Source: an uncultured Oscillospiraceae bacterium (GTDB lineage: Bacteria; Bacillota; Clostridia; Oscillospirales; Ruminococcaceae). From it: DNA of 64,000 nt. Under the pieces are notes generated by a model. It saw only the letters and a list, made by a program, of their open reading frames with translations. It was not told the origin of the DNA and did no database searches. Of this stretch, positions 17,628 to 27,135 are shown piece by piece (positions within the stretch are counted from its first letter, which is position 1; every line of letters begins with the position of its first letter). The stretch spans positions 47 to 64,046 of the forward strand of contig CAKSKU010000013.1 in NCBI GenBank assembly GCA_934465295.1. The letters run 5' to 3'. The position numbers and the translations under genes are program-made.

Positions 17628-18225
17628 AATTCTCTTTTACAAGGTCGTATAAATAAGCACCCTCGTCGATCTTCCTCGTCCGGATATTGCTCATTCCAAG
17701 GTGTACATACTTATCACGCTTAAGCTCTGCGTCCGTGTCAAGCATAACGGGGCAGTGCCTTTTTTCGCCCTCTTTAAAAGCGATCTCGAGTGCCTTTCTC
17801 ATAAAGCCCTGACCCTGATACTGCTTGCAGACAACAAGCATTCCCACGAAAATATACGGCTTTTTCGTTTTCTTGAATTTGTCCTCGTAGGATTCGCCGC
17901 CCCGCTTCATGATCTTCAGCATCCTTATTCCGCCGCCAAGCCCTATCGTTTTGAAGATAGCCTTCATAAGCTCCATCCCCGCCGAAACGGGTATCTTGTC
18001 CTTGGAGTATCTGTACGCAACATAAGCTTCGTGCTTCTCGCTTGTGCTGTAAAGGAAGCCTGCTTTTATCATCGCACGGGCATAGCCGCAGATGTATTCC
18101 TTTACGTTTTCCTTGCAGCCGAAAAGATACGCCATTCCCTTTTCGCCGTTTTTATAAGTATAGTCGGCAAAAGCCTCGCCGATCTGCTCAATTTCCTTTT
18201 CCGTCAGTGATGTTACCTTTACCAT
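17626..18225 (-). CDS. GNAT family N-acetyltransferase
   Basis: Acetyl-CoA binding pattern QGQGFMRKALE. Start at MVKV behind SD GGAGG. Confidence 0.75.
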   Translation of the reverse strand: MVKVTSLTEKEIEQIGEAFADYTYKNGEKGMAYLFGCKENVKEYICGYARAMIKAGFLYSTSEKHEAYVAYRYSKDKIPVSAGMELMKAIFKTIGLGGGIRMLKIMKRGGESYEDKFKKTKKPYIFVGMLVVCKQYQGQGFMRKALEIAFKEGEKRHCPVMLDTDAELKRDKYVHLGMSNIRTRKIDEGAYLYDLVKEN

Positions 18226-18238
18226 ATTTACCTCCGGT

Positions 18239-18636
18239 TTATCTGTTTCTTCTGTAACCTTCCGTGTCGGTGTATTCTTCGTGCAAAGCCGCATATTCGT
18301 CCTTGTCGCCGCATATCGCATAGTCGCAGACGCTTCCGTTTCCGCAGGTCGTGCTTCTTATGAGCCGAGTGAGGTCTTGTCTTTGCATACCTTATAATAG
18401 CTGAACAAAGCGATGCAGTCGTATGTACCTGCCGTGCCGTTGTGGAAATTTTTCTTTCCGCCAAGGTCTGTCCGATAGCTTTTCAGGAAGTCCGAATACT
18501 GTCTTTGAACGTCTTCAAAAACCTTTTCCGTTTCGTTCGGATAATGCTCCGCTATCTTTTCGAGAATGACCTTTTTGCAAGCCTTTGAGTAGATGACATG
18601 GCAGCTTCGGTCGAATTCAACTTCGTTATCTTTCAA
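18239..18636 (-). pseudogene. degraded paralog of the adjacent ATC-hydrolase-like gene
   Basis: There is a 93-codon N-terminal part (TTG start behind AAGGAG). A second frame carries a C-terminal CGNGSVCDYAICGD segment that matches GGEVCDYWFIGD of the neighbour. The ~80-aa middle part is missing. Confidence 0.45.
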
Positions 18637-18652
18637 TTTGCAGCTCCTTAAT

Positions 18653-19297
18653 TCACTTCGCCTGCGGACTGTTATCGCCGATGAACCAGTAATCGCAGAC
18701 CTCTCCGCCCGATGCAAGAGTATGCTCACGGATAAGCTTTGCATGCATAAGCCCTGCGGTCAGATAGTCGATGTCGCACATAACTGGGAGAACATCAAGA
18801 TAGCCCTCTTTCCGTGCGAAATCATTGAGCGGACACTTCGTGAAATGGTAGTAAAAGCCCTCCGAATGTTTGGTCTCATCGAAGTTGAAATCCCACGAAA
18901 ATTCCTTGTACTTTGGGTTTTCGTCAAGCCACTGCGCATTCTTTTTCATCATATTTCCGATGCGCTTCATTCCGCTCGGCTTGTTGGCGTTTATTATCAG
19001 ACCCATTGCTTTGAATGCAGGAGCGGAAAGCATTTCGTGAGTTATCTCACGCAGCTCCTCAACGGAAATCTTACCATCGGCGGCTTTCCGGAGCGCAAGG
19101 AAGATAAGGCACTCATACATATTCGATGCCATCGGATTGTCCTTTCCAATATCGTTCGCACGGTTCAGCATATCACGGTAGATACCGTCCGTTTTCTCCA
19201 GAAGCCTTGCTGCCTCATCCTTTCCGAAACGCTTTACAAGACTTTTCTTTATCATCGGCACAAACATTTTCCAGTATTTATTCGTATATTCAAGCAT
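18653..19297 (-). CDS. L-2-amino-thiazoline-4-carboxylic acid hydrolase family protein
   Basis: 214 aa. The C-terminal pattern CDIDY...HTLASGGEVCDY is recalled as characteristic of the ATC hydrolase family. Confidence 0.6.
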   Translation of the reverse strand: MLEYTNKYWKMFVPMIKKSLVKRFGKDEAARLLEKTDGIYRDMLNRANDIGKDNPMASNMYECLIFLALRKAADGKISVEELREITHEMLSAPAFKAMGLIINANKPSGMKRIGNMMKKNAQWLDENPKYKEFSWDFNFDETKHSEGFYYHFTKCPLNDFARKEGYLDVLPVMCDIDYLTAGLMHAKLIREHTLASGGEVCDYWFIGDNSPQAK

Positions 19298-19478
19298 TGC
19301 GTTCTCTCCTCCGCTATTAATAAGTTAGCATAATCTAACTATATTGTTTTATCAAAACCGCTCTTACGGAAAAGCGGCTCTTATGCGAATATTATACCAT
19401 AAACGGCAGAGCTTTGCAACAGCTTTTCCAATAGAACTCAAAGTCTGCCGAAGCTTTCCGACAGACCTTGAAGTAAAA

Positions 19479-22445
19479 TCATTCTCTGTTTTTGAGCACC
19501 TCGGCAGGTGTGATCTTTCCGAGCTTTCTTACGAGGATAGCGGTTATAACATAGTAAACAGCCATTACTCCGACAAAAATGATCGGGTAAACAAAGAACG
19601 GGAAAACGAGGTTTATTCCGCTTGTGACATTCGGGATAAACAGTGGGAACACTTTATCGATGATAAGCTTTGAGAGCGGTATTTCGATAATTGCGCCGAC
19701 TGCAATGAGAAGTGCATTTCCGTTGAGATAAAGCTTCTTCACGTCCTTTGTCTTGTAGCCGAAAATCTTCACGAGCGAGATACCGAACGAAGCACGTTCG
19801 ACCATAACATTCAGCATAAGGAACATTACCGCAAAGAAAATTATGATCGCAACCGAGATGAGCATAACTATCATCGACATCATAAGTTCGGTGAAAACAG
19901 CCGCCGAACGTTCGATATCGGTCTTTGCAGTTGTGCCGTAAAGTCTGCCCTCATCGATATCAAGCGGCTTGTCGGAGAGGAGGCAGTTGTAATAATCATC
20001 GTCCTCACCGAAAAGCTCTCGCATACTGTCGATATCCATAAATACCGTAAGTCCCGCACTCTCATCGCAGACATCGGCAACGGTGAAAGCATAGTCCATC
20101 GAGTTTGCGCTGTCGGTGAGGATAAGCTTATCTCCCGTTGTAACTCCGTAACGCTCAACGACCGATTTGCTTGCGGTGATAAGGCTCTTGCCCTCATGGG
20201 TCTCAGCATTGTAATACTTGTTGTCGCTGTCAATGCCCATTACCGTTACGTCAAGATTATATCCGAGCTGCTCCTTTGAAAGCGACTTCGCAAAGCAGGC
20301 TTCGCCGCCCTCGGGGACTTCCGTTTCGGGATATTTCAGCGTATACATATATTCATATTTAGTATCACGGATAGTATCCTTTCTTACATTTTCGCAAAGG
20401 TAATAGCAGTCAACGCCGAGCATAAGAACGAGGAGCGAGAAAAGCATACTTAAAAGAACGGTTATGCCTGTGCGCATCTCACGGAGCATCTGTCTGATCT
20501 GAAATCTGCGGATAAAGTTCTTGCCTTTGAGCTTAACACTGCTGTAACGTGCGGTCTTCTGCTCATTTCTGATAAGCGAAAGTGCAGTCTGCGAAAGACG
20601 CTTGTTGATAACGAGCGTGTTTACGATGATCGAGATAACAGGAGGCATCACAACGCTGTATATCACAAGGTAAACGGGATAAACGGGCGCAAATTCCGGA
20701 AGTGAAAAATATGCGTAAGTGTCAAGCATCTGATAATCAAGCCCGATCGGTGAAAAGCCTATGAACATACCGATGACGCCGCCGATGAATGCAACGATAG
20801 TCGGCAGGGTTATGTAATGCGCAATGAGATCCTTTTTCTTTGCGCCGAGTGCATAAAGCGCACCGATAACGCTGCTCTCACGCTGTATCTGGTGAATTAC
20901 GAAAACGGAGATAACATAAGCGAAAAGCATCATAAGGATAACGCCGACACCAAGTCCTGCAAGTCTGTTCATGATAACATCGCCTTTTGCGCCTGCGATA
21001 CGAACATTCTCCGCTCTTTTGATAAACATTGTAAGATTGTCAAGCTCAACATCGAAAACCTCGTCAAGAAGCTTGTCGGTTTCGGTCTTAAGCTCTGCAA
21101 TTCCGTCTGCAAGCTCGGAAGCACCGTCATAAGCGTCCTTTGCGCCGTCCGATAATTCCTTTGAACCGTCAAGTGCGTCCTTTGCACCGTCGGAAAGCTC
21201 CTTAGAGCCGTCCAAAGCTTCCTTTGCACCGTCCGAAAGAGCATTTGCCCCGTCAGCAGCGGTGTGAACGCCGTCCGCATACTCCTTTGTGCCGTCATCA
21301 TAAGCCTTTACACCGTCAAGCGAAGCTTTGAGCTGTGTAAGCTCTGCACTCTGAGTCATACCGATAAGCGTATCGAGAGTTTCTGCGTAATTATCGGCTG
21401 TGAGAACGATATTCTGTCCCATTGCCGCAAGGCTCTGCGATGCCTGGGCAAGAAGCGCATCGAAAATTTCGGAAGAACCTCCCGATATCATCTTTCCCGA
21501 CTCATCGAGCGTTTTCATACCGTCCGATAATTCATTCGCACCATCGGAAAGCTCTCCGATACCGCCCGAAAGCTCCTTTGAACCATCGTAAAGGTCGCCG
21601 AGTCCGTCATAAAGGTCATCTGCGCCGTCCGAAAGGTCCTTTATACCGTCTTTAAGCTCCTGCGAACCATCGTAAAGCTCATTGATGCCGTCACGAAGAT
21701 CATCTCGCTTCTGCAAAGCTTCGCCGACCGTTTCAAGATAATATTTGTCGGTAACGTCCTTGTAGTTGAATTCAAAATCCTTTATCGTGTCTTTGAGTTC
21801 TTCATCGGTAGCTTTTCCGTTCAGTCTGTAAGCATAGCAAAGGTCCTCCGCCTGCTGTGAAGTGTCGTTTCTGATATAGTCATACTGCTCATCGGAAACG
21901 AACAGCAGTCCGAAGCCAACGCTTGAAACCGCCGTGTCCGAGAACTTGTCGAACGGAGCGTCATAGTCGGGAGTTGTGCCTATGCCGACGATCTCAAACT
22001 CAATGCCGCCTGCGATAAGCTTGTCGCCGACCGTGAGCGAATGCTCCTCGCAGTAACGCTTTTCTGCGACTGCTTCATTCATATTCTCAGCATATCTGCC
22101 GCTGTCAAGCTTCACGAGGTCGATCTCGTTTCTGTTGCGGAAAACACGGAGCTTCGAGCCGTCCTCGGCAAAAATATCAATGCTGAAATGCTTTTCGAGG
22201 GTAACGCCCATATCGGTGATCTGCTTTTCCTGTTCATCTGTCAGCGTTATAAACACGCCGAACTGACCGTCCTCGACCTTGTTCTTTTCGCCGTGTTCGT
22301 CCGATCTTCTTATAATAGTATCTGCGCTCGCAACGACCGAAACGATAATATACATTCCAAGCACGATAAGCAGAACAAGTGCGATATATCGTGCAAAATT
22401 CGATTTAAGCTCACGCAGGAGCCTTTTTCTAAGTACCTTATTCAT
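19479..22445 (-). CDS. ABC transporter permease, FtsX/MacB type, with YhgE/Pip-like DG-repeat ectodomain
   Basis: 988 aa with two FtsX-like TM bundles. The central part holds coiled repeats such as LSDGAKELxDG. Confidence 0.8.
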   Translation of the reverse strand: MNKVLRKRLLRELKSNFARYIALVLLIVLGMYIIVSVVASADTIIRRSDEHGEKNKVEDGQFGVFITLTDEQEKQITDMGVTLEKHFSIDIFAEDGSKLRVFRNRNEIDLVKLDSGRYAENMNEAVAEKRYCEEHSLTVGDKLIAGGIEFEIVGIGTTPDYDAPFDKFSDTAVSSVGFGLLFVSDEQYDYIRNDTSQQAEDLCYAYRLNGKATDEELKDTIKDFEFNYKDVTDKYYLETVGEALQKRDDLRDGINELYDGSQELKDGIKDLSDGADDLYDGLGDLYDGSKELSGGIGELSDGANELSDGMKTLDESGKMISGGSSEIFDALLAQASQSLAAMGQNIVLTADNYAETLDTLIGMTQSAELTQLKASLDGVKAYDDGTKEYADGVHTAADGANALSDGAKEALDGSKELSDGAKDALDGSKELSDGAKDAYDGASELADGIAELKTETDKLLDEVFDVELDNLTMFIKRAENVRIAGAKGDVIMNRLAGLGVGVILMMLFAYVISVFVIHQIQRESSVIGALYALGAKKKDLIAHYITLPTIVAFIGGVIGMFIGFSPIGLDYQMLDTYAYFSLPEFAPVYPVYLVIYSVVMPPVISIIVNTLVINKRLSQTALSLIRNEQKTARYSSVKLKGKNFIRRFQIRQMLREMRTGITVLLSMLFSLLVLMLGVDCYYLCENVRKDTIRDTKYEYMYTLKYPETEVPEGGEACFAKSLSKEQLGYNLDVTVMGIDSDNKYYNAETHEGKSLITASKSVVERYGVTTGDKLILTDSANSMDYAFTVADVCDESAGLTVFMDIDSMRELFGEDDDYYNCLLSDKPLDIDEGRLYGTTAKTDIERSAAVFTELMMSMIVMLISVAIIIFFAVMFLMLNVMVERASFGISLVKIFGYKTKDVKKLYLNGNALLIAVGAIIEIPLSKLIIDKVFPLFIPNVTSGINLVFPFFVYPIIFVGVMAVYYVITAILVRKLGKITPAEVLKNRE

Positions 22446-23146
22446 TACAGATCCTCCAGCTCGGCAGCAGGTATGCGTGTTTCGTTAAGATAATCCTTTT
22501 TGATAAGTCCGTCCTTGACGATTATTACCTTATGCACCATATTCTTGATAGCGTTGTTGTGCGTTACGATGAGCATTGTCGTGCCGTATTTCTCGTTCAC
22601 CTTTTCAAGCAGAACAAGGATATCACGGGAGGTCTTGGAGTCGAGTGCGCCCGTCGGCTCATCGCACAGAAGCAGCTTCGGATTTTTTATAAGCGCTCTT
22701 GCAATAGCGCATCTCTGCTGCTGACCGCCCGAGAGCTGCGAGGGGAACTTGTTCCTGTGTTCGGAAAGTCCGAGCGTTGTGAGAAGCTCCTCCATATCGA
22801 GCGGCGCATCGGAAAGATATTCGCATACCTGAATGTTCTCCTCTACCGTGAGGTTCGGGACGAGGTTGTAAAACTGGAAAATGAAGCCAAGATTTTCCTT
22901 GCGGTAATCGGCAAGCTTGTCAGGCTTCAAGCCGAAAATTTCCTTTCCGTCAACCTTTACCGAGCCGCTGTCCATTGTGTCCAGTCCGCCTATGCAGTTG
23001 AGCAGCGTTGATTTGCCCGAGCCGCTCGTGCCTTGGATAACGCACATCTGACCCTTTTCAACGCCCGTGCTTACGCCCTTTAAGACTTGGATATAGCTTG
23101 CATCGCTGCCGTAGCTTTTCTTTACATCTTTGATCTCCAGATACAT
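22445..23146 (-). CDS. ABC transporter ATP-binding protein (MacB/LolD-like)
   Basis: Walker A GTSGSGKST, signature LSGGQQQR, Walker B LLLCDEPTGALD. Confidence 0.9.
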   Translation of the reverse strand: MYLEIKDVKKSYGSDASYIQVLKGVSTGVEKGQMCVIQGTSGSGKSTLLNCIGGLDTMDSGSVKVDGKEIFGLKPDKLADYRKENLGFIFQFYNLVPNLTVEENIQVCEYLSDAPLDMEELLTTLGLSEHRNKFPSQLSGGQQQRCAIARALIKNPKLLLCDEPTGALDSKTSRDILVLLEKVNEKYGTTMLIVTHNNAIKNMVHKVIIVKDGLIKKDYLNETRIPAAELEDL

Positions 23147-23167
23147 ATTCTTTCCTCCGAATTTATA

Positions 23168-23338
23168 AAAGTTAGTTTAACATAACATTGTTATGTTGTA
23201 TCCGTAATTTTTGCCGCTCAAAGGCGGCTTGTTTATTATGCAAAAACTTTTAAACCGATTTGCACTGCAAAAGTTAGTTTAACATAACATTGTTATGTTC
23301 GTGCCGTAATTATTGCCGCCCGAAAGCGGCTTTGTTGT
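23168..23338. repeat. two ~70-bp direct repeats, each carrying a TetR-type palindromic operator and a GC hairpin
   Basis: 23168-23237 and 23269-23338 are near-identical. Each contains AACATAACATTGTTATGTT (23179-23197 and 23281-23299). Confidence 0.8.
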
Positions 23339-23964
23339 TAGTCCTCTACTATCATAGTGAACCATATCTTTATCAGAAATTCCATTACTCTCCTCATGTG
23401 GAGCTTGGCTTTTTCCACATCTTTTTCATGCGTCAGAAGATGCGTGTACGCATCAACGCTGATGTGTGTTATCCAGTGGAGCATATATTCATCAACGTGA
23501 TATCCCTGCTTTTTCTGCGCAGCTTTTTCAGCCGAGATACGGAAACCCTGCTCGGTCATATCAACGACTGCATCGACAGCATTTTCGTAATCCGAACCCT
23601 GCGCCTTTGTCAGCAGGAGAATAAACACATCGTAATATCGATACATATATTCAACGAGGGCTTCCAGACTTCCGTGCGTTTCAATGTGGTATTCCGCCGT
23701 CAGCACCGCAGGGTCATCGCTCGCCATCTCCTCGGCATCGTGCGCATAATGCTCGTTCAGCAGCCTGCAAAGCTCCTTGAGCGGCGGGTCAACTATCGCA
23801 GCGAAAAGGTCATTTTTATTCTTGAAAAAGAAATAAAGCGCACCCGTTGTAACGCCTGCATCGGCACATATCTTTCGCAGAGAAGCTTTCATATATCCCT
23901 TTTCGGAGAATTCGGCAAGCGCACTTTTCAGCAGCTTATCTCTTGTTTCAAGCTCGTCACTCAT
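23338..23964 (-). CDS. TetR/AcrR family transcriptional regulator
   Basis: N-terminal HTH (SLRKICADAGVTTGALYFFFKNK). 208 aa. Confidence 0.9.
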   Translation of the reverse strand: MSDELETRDKLLKSALAEFSEKGYMKASLRKICADAGVTTGALYFFFKNKNDLFAAIVDPPLKELCRLLNEHYAHDAEEMASDDPAVLTAEYHIETHGSLEALVEYMYRYYDVFILLLTKAQGSDYENAVDAVVDMTEQGFRISAEKAAQKKQGYHVDEYMLHWITHISVDAYTHLLTHEKDVEKAKLHMRRVMEFLIKIWFTMIVED

Positions 23965-23987
23965 ATTGTCACCGTCCTTTTTGCTTC

Positions 23988-24086
23988 ACATAACATCGTT
24001 ATCTTAGCATAAATACACCCCCCTGTCAATAAGCCTGCGCTAATTTCAGCATTATGCAATATTATTTCGCATAACAGTGTTATGTG
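23988..24086. promoter_or_regulatory. two further operator-like palindromes in the tetR / membrane-protein divergent region
   Basis: ACATAACATCGTTATCT (23988-24004) and GCATAACAGTGTTATGTG (24069-24086) share the ATAACA-N-TGTTAT core. Confidence 0.55.
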
Positions 24087-24202
24087 TATTGTATATTCTG
24101 ACAAATCGCATAAATTCCCCATAACCTTATTGACAGCTGAAAAAATCGGTGCTATAATCCTAATTGGATTAGCAAAAGCTAACCGCCTTGGAGGGATATA
24201 TA

Positions 24203-24886
24203 ATGAATAATAGAAAGAAAACACTCATCATTTCATTCATCTGCGGAATGCTGGGCTGCCTGTGCTTCGGCTCGAGCGACTGGCTGATGATCTACGGCGA
24301 TACAGCTCACAGCGGCAGCCTGTACTGGCTCACGGACGGAGCTGTAAATATCGCACCCCGGAGAAATTCGCTCGCAATGTTCCTTGCTTTCCCGGGAATA
24401 ATTTTCTACGGCATAGGACTTTTCGCCGCCGGAAAATTCATCACCGACAAAAAGAGCTCAGGCATTTATAAAACGCTCAATATCTATGGACTTACACCTT
24501 GGCTCTGCCTGCACCTTTTCTATGTAATGATAATTTATCTCTATTCATGGATGATGAACAACGGCTATGCCGATGCCGCACTTCCGTCCTGCGAAGCTCT
24601 CTTTTCGCATCTTTCGTGGATAGTCATGCTCAGCGAAGTATTTATGCTGCCGCCGTTCATTTACTGGTTCATTCTCCAGATAAAAGGAAAAACGGAGTTC
24701 CCAAAGGCAATGGCGTTCACAAATGTGCTTGTCATTTACGGCGTTCTTTATGCAATAAAAAGCATTATGCCCGACAGCCCGTTCCGCATCGGCTTCACGA
24801 ACGGACTTATGAGCGAAAGTATGATAATATGGTTTGCGATACTGCTTGTGTTCAGCATCAAAAATGGTGATAAAACGAACGCATAA
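24203..24886 (+). CDS. hypothetical polytopic membrane protein
   Basis: About 6 TM segments. SD GGAGGG precedes the ATG at 24203. Confidence 0.6.
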   Translation: MNNRKKTLIISFICGMLGCLCFGSSDWLMIYGDTAHSGSLYWLTDGAVNIAPRRNSLAMFLAFPGIIFYGIGLFAAGKFITDKKSSGIYKTLNIYGLTPWLCLHLFYVMIIYLYSWMMNNGYADAALPSCEALFSHLSWIVMLSEVFMLPPFIYWFILQIKGKTEFPKAMAFTNVLVIYGVLYAIKSIMPDSPFRIGFTNGLMSESMIIWFAILLVFSIKNGDKTNA

Positions 24887-24954
24887 AATAATACCGATAA
24901 CCTCGGACAGAATAAGTTCTGCGTCAGGCACCCCTGACCGAACTTGTTCTGTCC

Positions 24955-25339
24955 GATATTCAGCGTATTTCGCTCGCCACTCGCAATTTTTGAAGCTTCC
25001 GAACACATTCTCTCATAATCGGCGGTCAGAACAAGGCTTTTTCGGTAAAAATATTCGCCTGCGGGAGTAATATTAATTTTTAATCAAAGTGTAGACAAAA
25101 AATCGGCGCAAAAGCCATATATTCGAGCTTTTGCTTGATTTTTTGTACACTTTCAGTTTAAAAATTAATATAAGGCTGAACGTGCGGTTCTTTCGTTCGA
25201 GAAGCGGAAAGCCAAGCTCACGTTCAAGAGCCTGAATTTGCTGTGAGATCGCAGACTGGGATATGAAATTTTCCTCCACCGCTTCGGAAAAGCTGTTAAG
25301 TCGGACGACCGACTGGAAATATTTAAGCTGTCTGAACAT
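24955..25339 (-). pseudogene. LysR-family regulator remnant, interrupted by a MITE and truncated at the 3' end
   Basis: The HTH part MFRQLKYFQSVV...ERKNRTFSL ends at 25174. The reading resumes after the insert as TPAGEYFYRKSL...NIG and then runs into the hairpin at 24905-24954. Only about 95 of about 300 codons remain. Confidence 0.7.
25071..25170. mobile_element. 100-bp MITE-like element with ~34-bp imperfect terminal inverted repeats
   Basis: Ends TATTAATTTTTAATCAAAGTGTAGACAAAAAATC / GATTTTTTGTACACTTTCAGTTTAAAAATTAATA. It is flanked by TAA (25068-25070 and 25171-25173). Removing the element and one TAA restores the LysR frame FSL-TPAG. Confidence 0.75.
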
Positions 25340-25508
25340 CGTGGTATGCTCCTTTTATTATTCTGTGATAATTTTAGCATAACGAGCCTTAAAAATCAAG
25401 CTTCCGCCGCAAAAGTCACCTCGGAGTAACTATGTCACCGAAAAGTGCGTACTTTACATTCGACAAAATCCGTGGTATTATGATATTATAGCGAAAGGGT
25501 GATCTTCA

Positions 25509-26276
25509 GTGACGCACAGCGAGCAGCTTTTGTACCTTATAAAATATCTTCTTGCGGAGGACAGCCGTTACAAAAATATAAGCATACCCGAGGACGAAAA
25601 AGCCCGTTTTGACCTTTTCCGAAGCCTTGTGAATGTCCGTCCGCCGAAGCCTGCGGAGAAGGATTTTCTGCAGGTGCAGGATGAATTTCTGCGTGAGGAA
25701 ATTTCGGCTAAGGGCATTACCGACATCGACGGACTTAAGCCGATCAGCGGAAATATCTATCTTTGGAAGGGCGATATCACAACGCTGAAATGCGGGGCGA
25801 TAGTCAATGCTGCAAACTCGGCAATGCTCGGCTGCTTTCAGCCCTGTCACTCCTGCATAGACAATGCGATACACACATTTTCGGGCGTACAGCTTAGGCT
25901 TGAATGTGCGGAAATAATGCGCAGACAGGGCTGTGACGAACCGACGGGGCAGGCAAAGCTGACCGATGCCTACAATTTGCCATGCGGAAAGATCATACAC
26001 ACGGTCGGACCTATCGTGCAGGGCAGGCTGACGGGCGAACACCGCAGACTGCTTGAAAGCTGCTACCGCTCCTGCCTTGAGCTTGCGTTGGAGAACCACA
26101 TCAGCAGCATTGCGTTCTGCTGTATCTCAACGGGAGTTTTCGGCTTTCCTCAAAAGGAAGCGGCAGAGATAGCTGTTGATACGGTCATCGGATATTCTGA
26201 TAAAATAAAGGTGGCATTTAATGTTTATAAAGAAAGTGACAGCGAAATTTATGGGAAATTACTCGGAAAAACTTGA
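25509..26276 (+). CDS. macrodomain protein-ADP-ribose hydrolase (SirTM-linked type)
   Basis: GDITTLKCGAIVNAANSAMLG macro motif, an N-terminal LLYLIKYLL extension, and a GTG start behind AAGGGTGA. Confidence 0.8.
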   Translation: MTHSEQLLYLIKYLLAEDSRYKNISIPEDEKARFDLFRSLVNVRPPKPAEKDFLQVQDEFLREEISAKGITDIDGLKPISGNIYLWKGDITTLKCGAIVNAANSAMLGCFQPCHSCIDNAIHTFSGVQLRLECAEIMRRQGCDEPTGQAKLTDAYNLPCGKIIHTVGPIVQGRLTGEHRRLLESCYRSCLELALENHISSIAFCCISTGVFGFPQKEAAEIAVDTVIGYSDKIKVAFNVYKESDSEIYGKLLGKT

Positions 26277-27087
26277 AATACTCAAAAGAGAGCTTGACAG
26301 CGCCGACTGCATCCTGATAGGCGCAGGAGCAGGACTTTCCACAGCCGCAGGCTTTACCTATTCGGGCGAGCGCTTTGAAAAAAACTTCGCCGATTTTATT
26401 GAAAAATATGATTTTAAGAATATGTATTCGGGTGGATTTTATCATTTTAAAACTCCCGAGGAATATTGGGCATACTGGTCGAGATATATTTACATCAACC
26501 GCTATTCGGACTGCGATAACGGAACGTATAAAAAGCTGTTGGAGCTTGTTTCGGGCAAGGACTATTTTGTGCTGACCACGAACGTCGACCACCAATTTCA
26601 AAAGACAGGCTTTGATAAAAAGCGGCTTTTCTGCACGCAGGGCGATTATGGACTTTTTCAATGCACGAAGCCTTGCTGTGACAAGACATTCGATAACGAA
26701 GAGATCATTCGCCGAATGTATACCGAGCAGAAGGATATGCGAATCCCGTCCGAGCTTGTTCCGCACTGCCCCGAGTGCGGCAGACCGCTGACAATGAACC
26801 TGCGATGTGACAGCAGCTTTACAGAGGATAACGCCTGGCACGAAGCCTCCGACCGCTATTACGAATTTGTCCGCCGCCATAAAAATATGCACACGCTTTT
26901 TCTGGAGCTTGGGGTCGGCTTCAATACGCCGACTATCATAAAATACCCATTCTGGATAATGACGGTCGAAAACCCTGACTCATTCTATGCCTGCGTAAAT
27001 TCGGGCGAAGCATTCTGCCCCGATGAAATAATTGACCGCTCGGTCTGCATCAACGCCGATATTTCGGAAGTCCTGCGCTCGATTTAA
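26221..27087 (+). CDS. SIR2 family protein, class-M-like (putative ADP-ribosyltransferase sirtuin)
   Basis: GAGAGLSTAAG NAD loop, TTNVDHQF, and a Zn ribbon (CTKPCC...CPECG). TQGDY sits where canonical sirtuins have the catalytic HG. It overlaps the macro gene. Confidence 0.7.
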   Translation: MFIKKVTAKFMGNYSEKLEILKRELDSADCILIGAGAGLSTAAGFTYSGERFEKNFADFIEKYDFKNMYSGGFYHFKTPEEYWAYWSRYIYINRYSDCDNGTYKKLLELVSGKDYFVLTTNVDHQFQKTGFDKKRLFCTQGDYGLFQCTKPCCDKTFDNEEIIRRMYTEQKDMRIPSELVPHCPECGRPLTMNLRCDSSFTEDNAWHEASDRYYEFVRRHKNMHTLFLELGVGFNTPTIIKYPFWIMTVENPDSFYACVNSGEAFCPDEIIDRSVCINADISEVLRSI

Positions 27088-27093
27088 ACCAAA

Positions 27094-27135
27094 CCGCACA
27101 AAGCTTTTTATTCGGCTTTGTGCGGTCAATTTTTT
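27094..27135. terminator. bidirectional intrinsic terminator
   Basis: 11-bp stem CCGCACAAAGC / GCTTTGTGCGG with a T-run, between convergent genes. Confidence 0.65.

Noticed and set aside
25506-26892. 197-aa and 224-aa ORFs on the - strand
   Set aside because: They are antisense shadows of the macrodomain and sirtuin genes. They carry no motifs, and the + strand products have clear family signatures.
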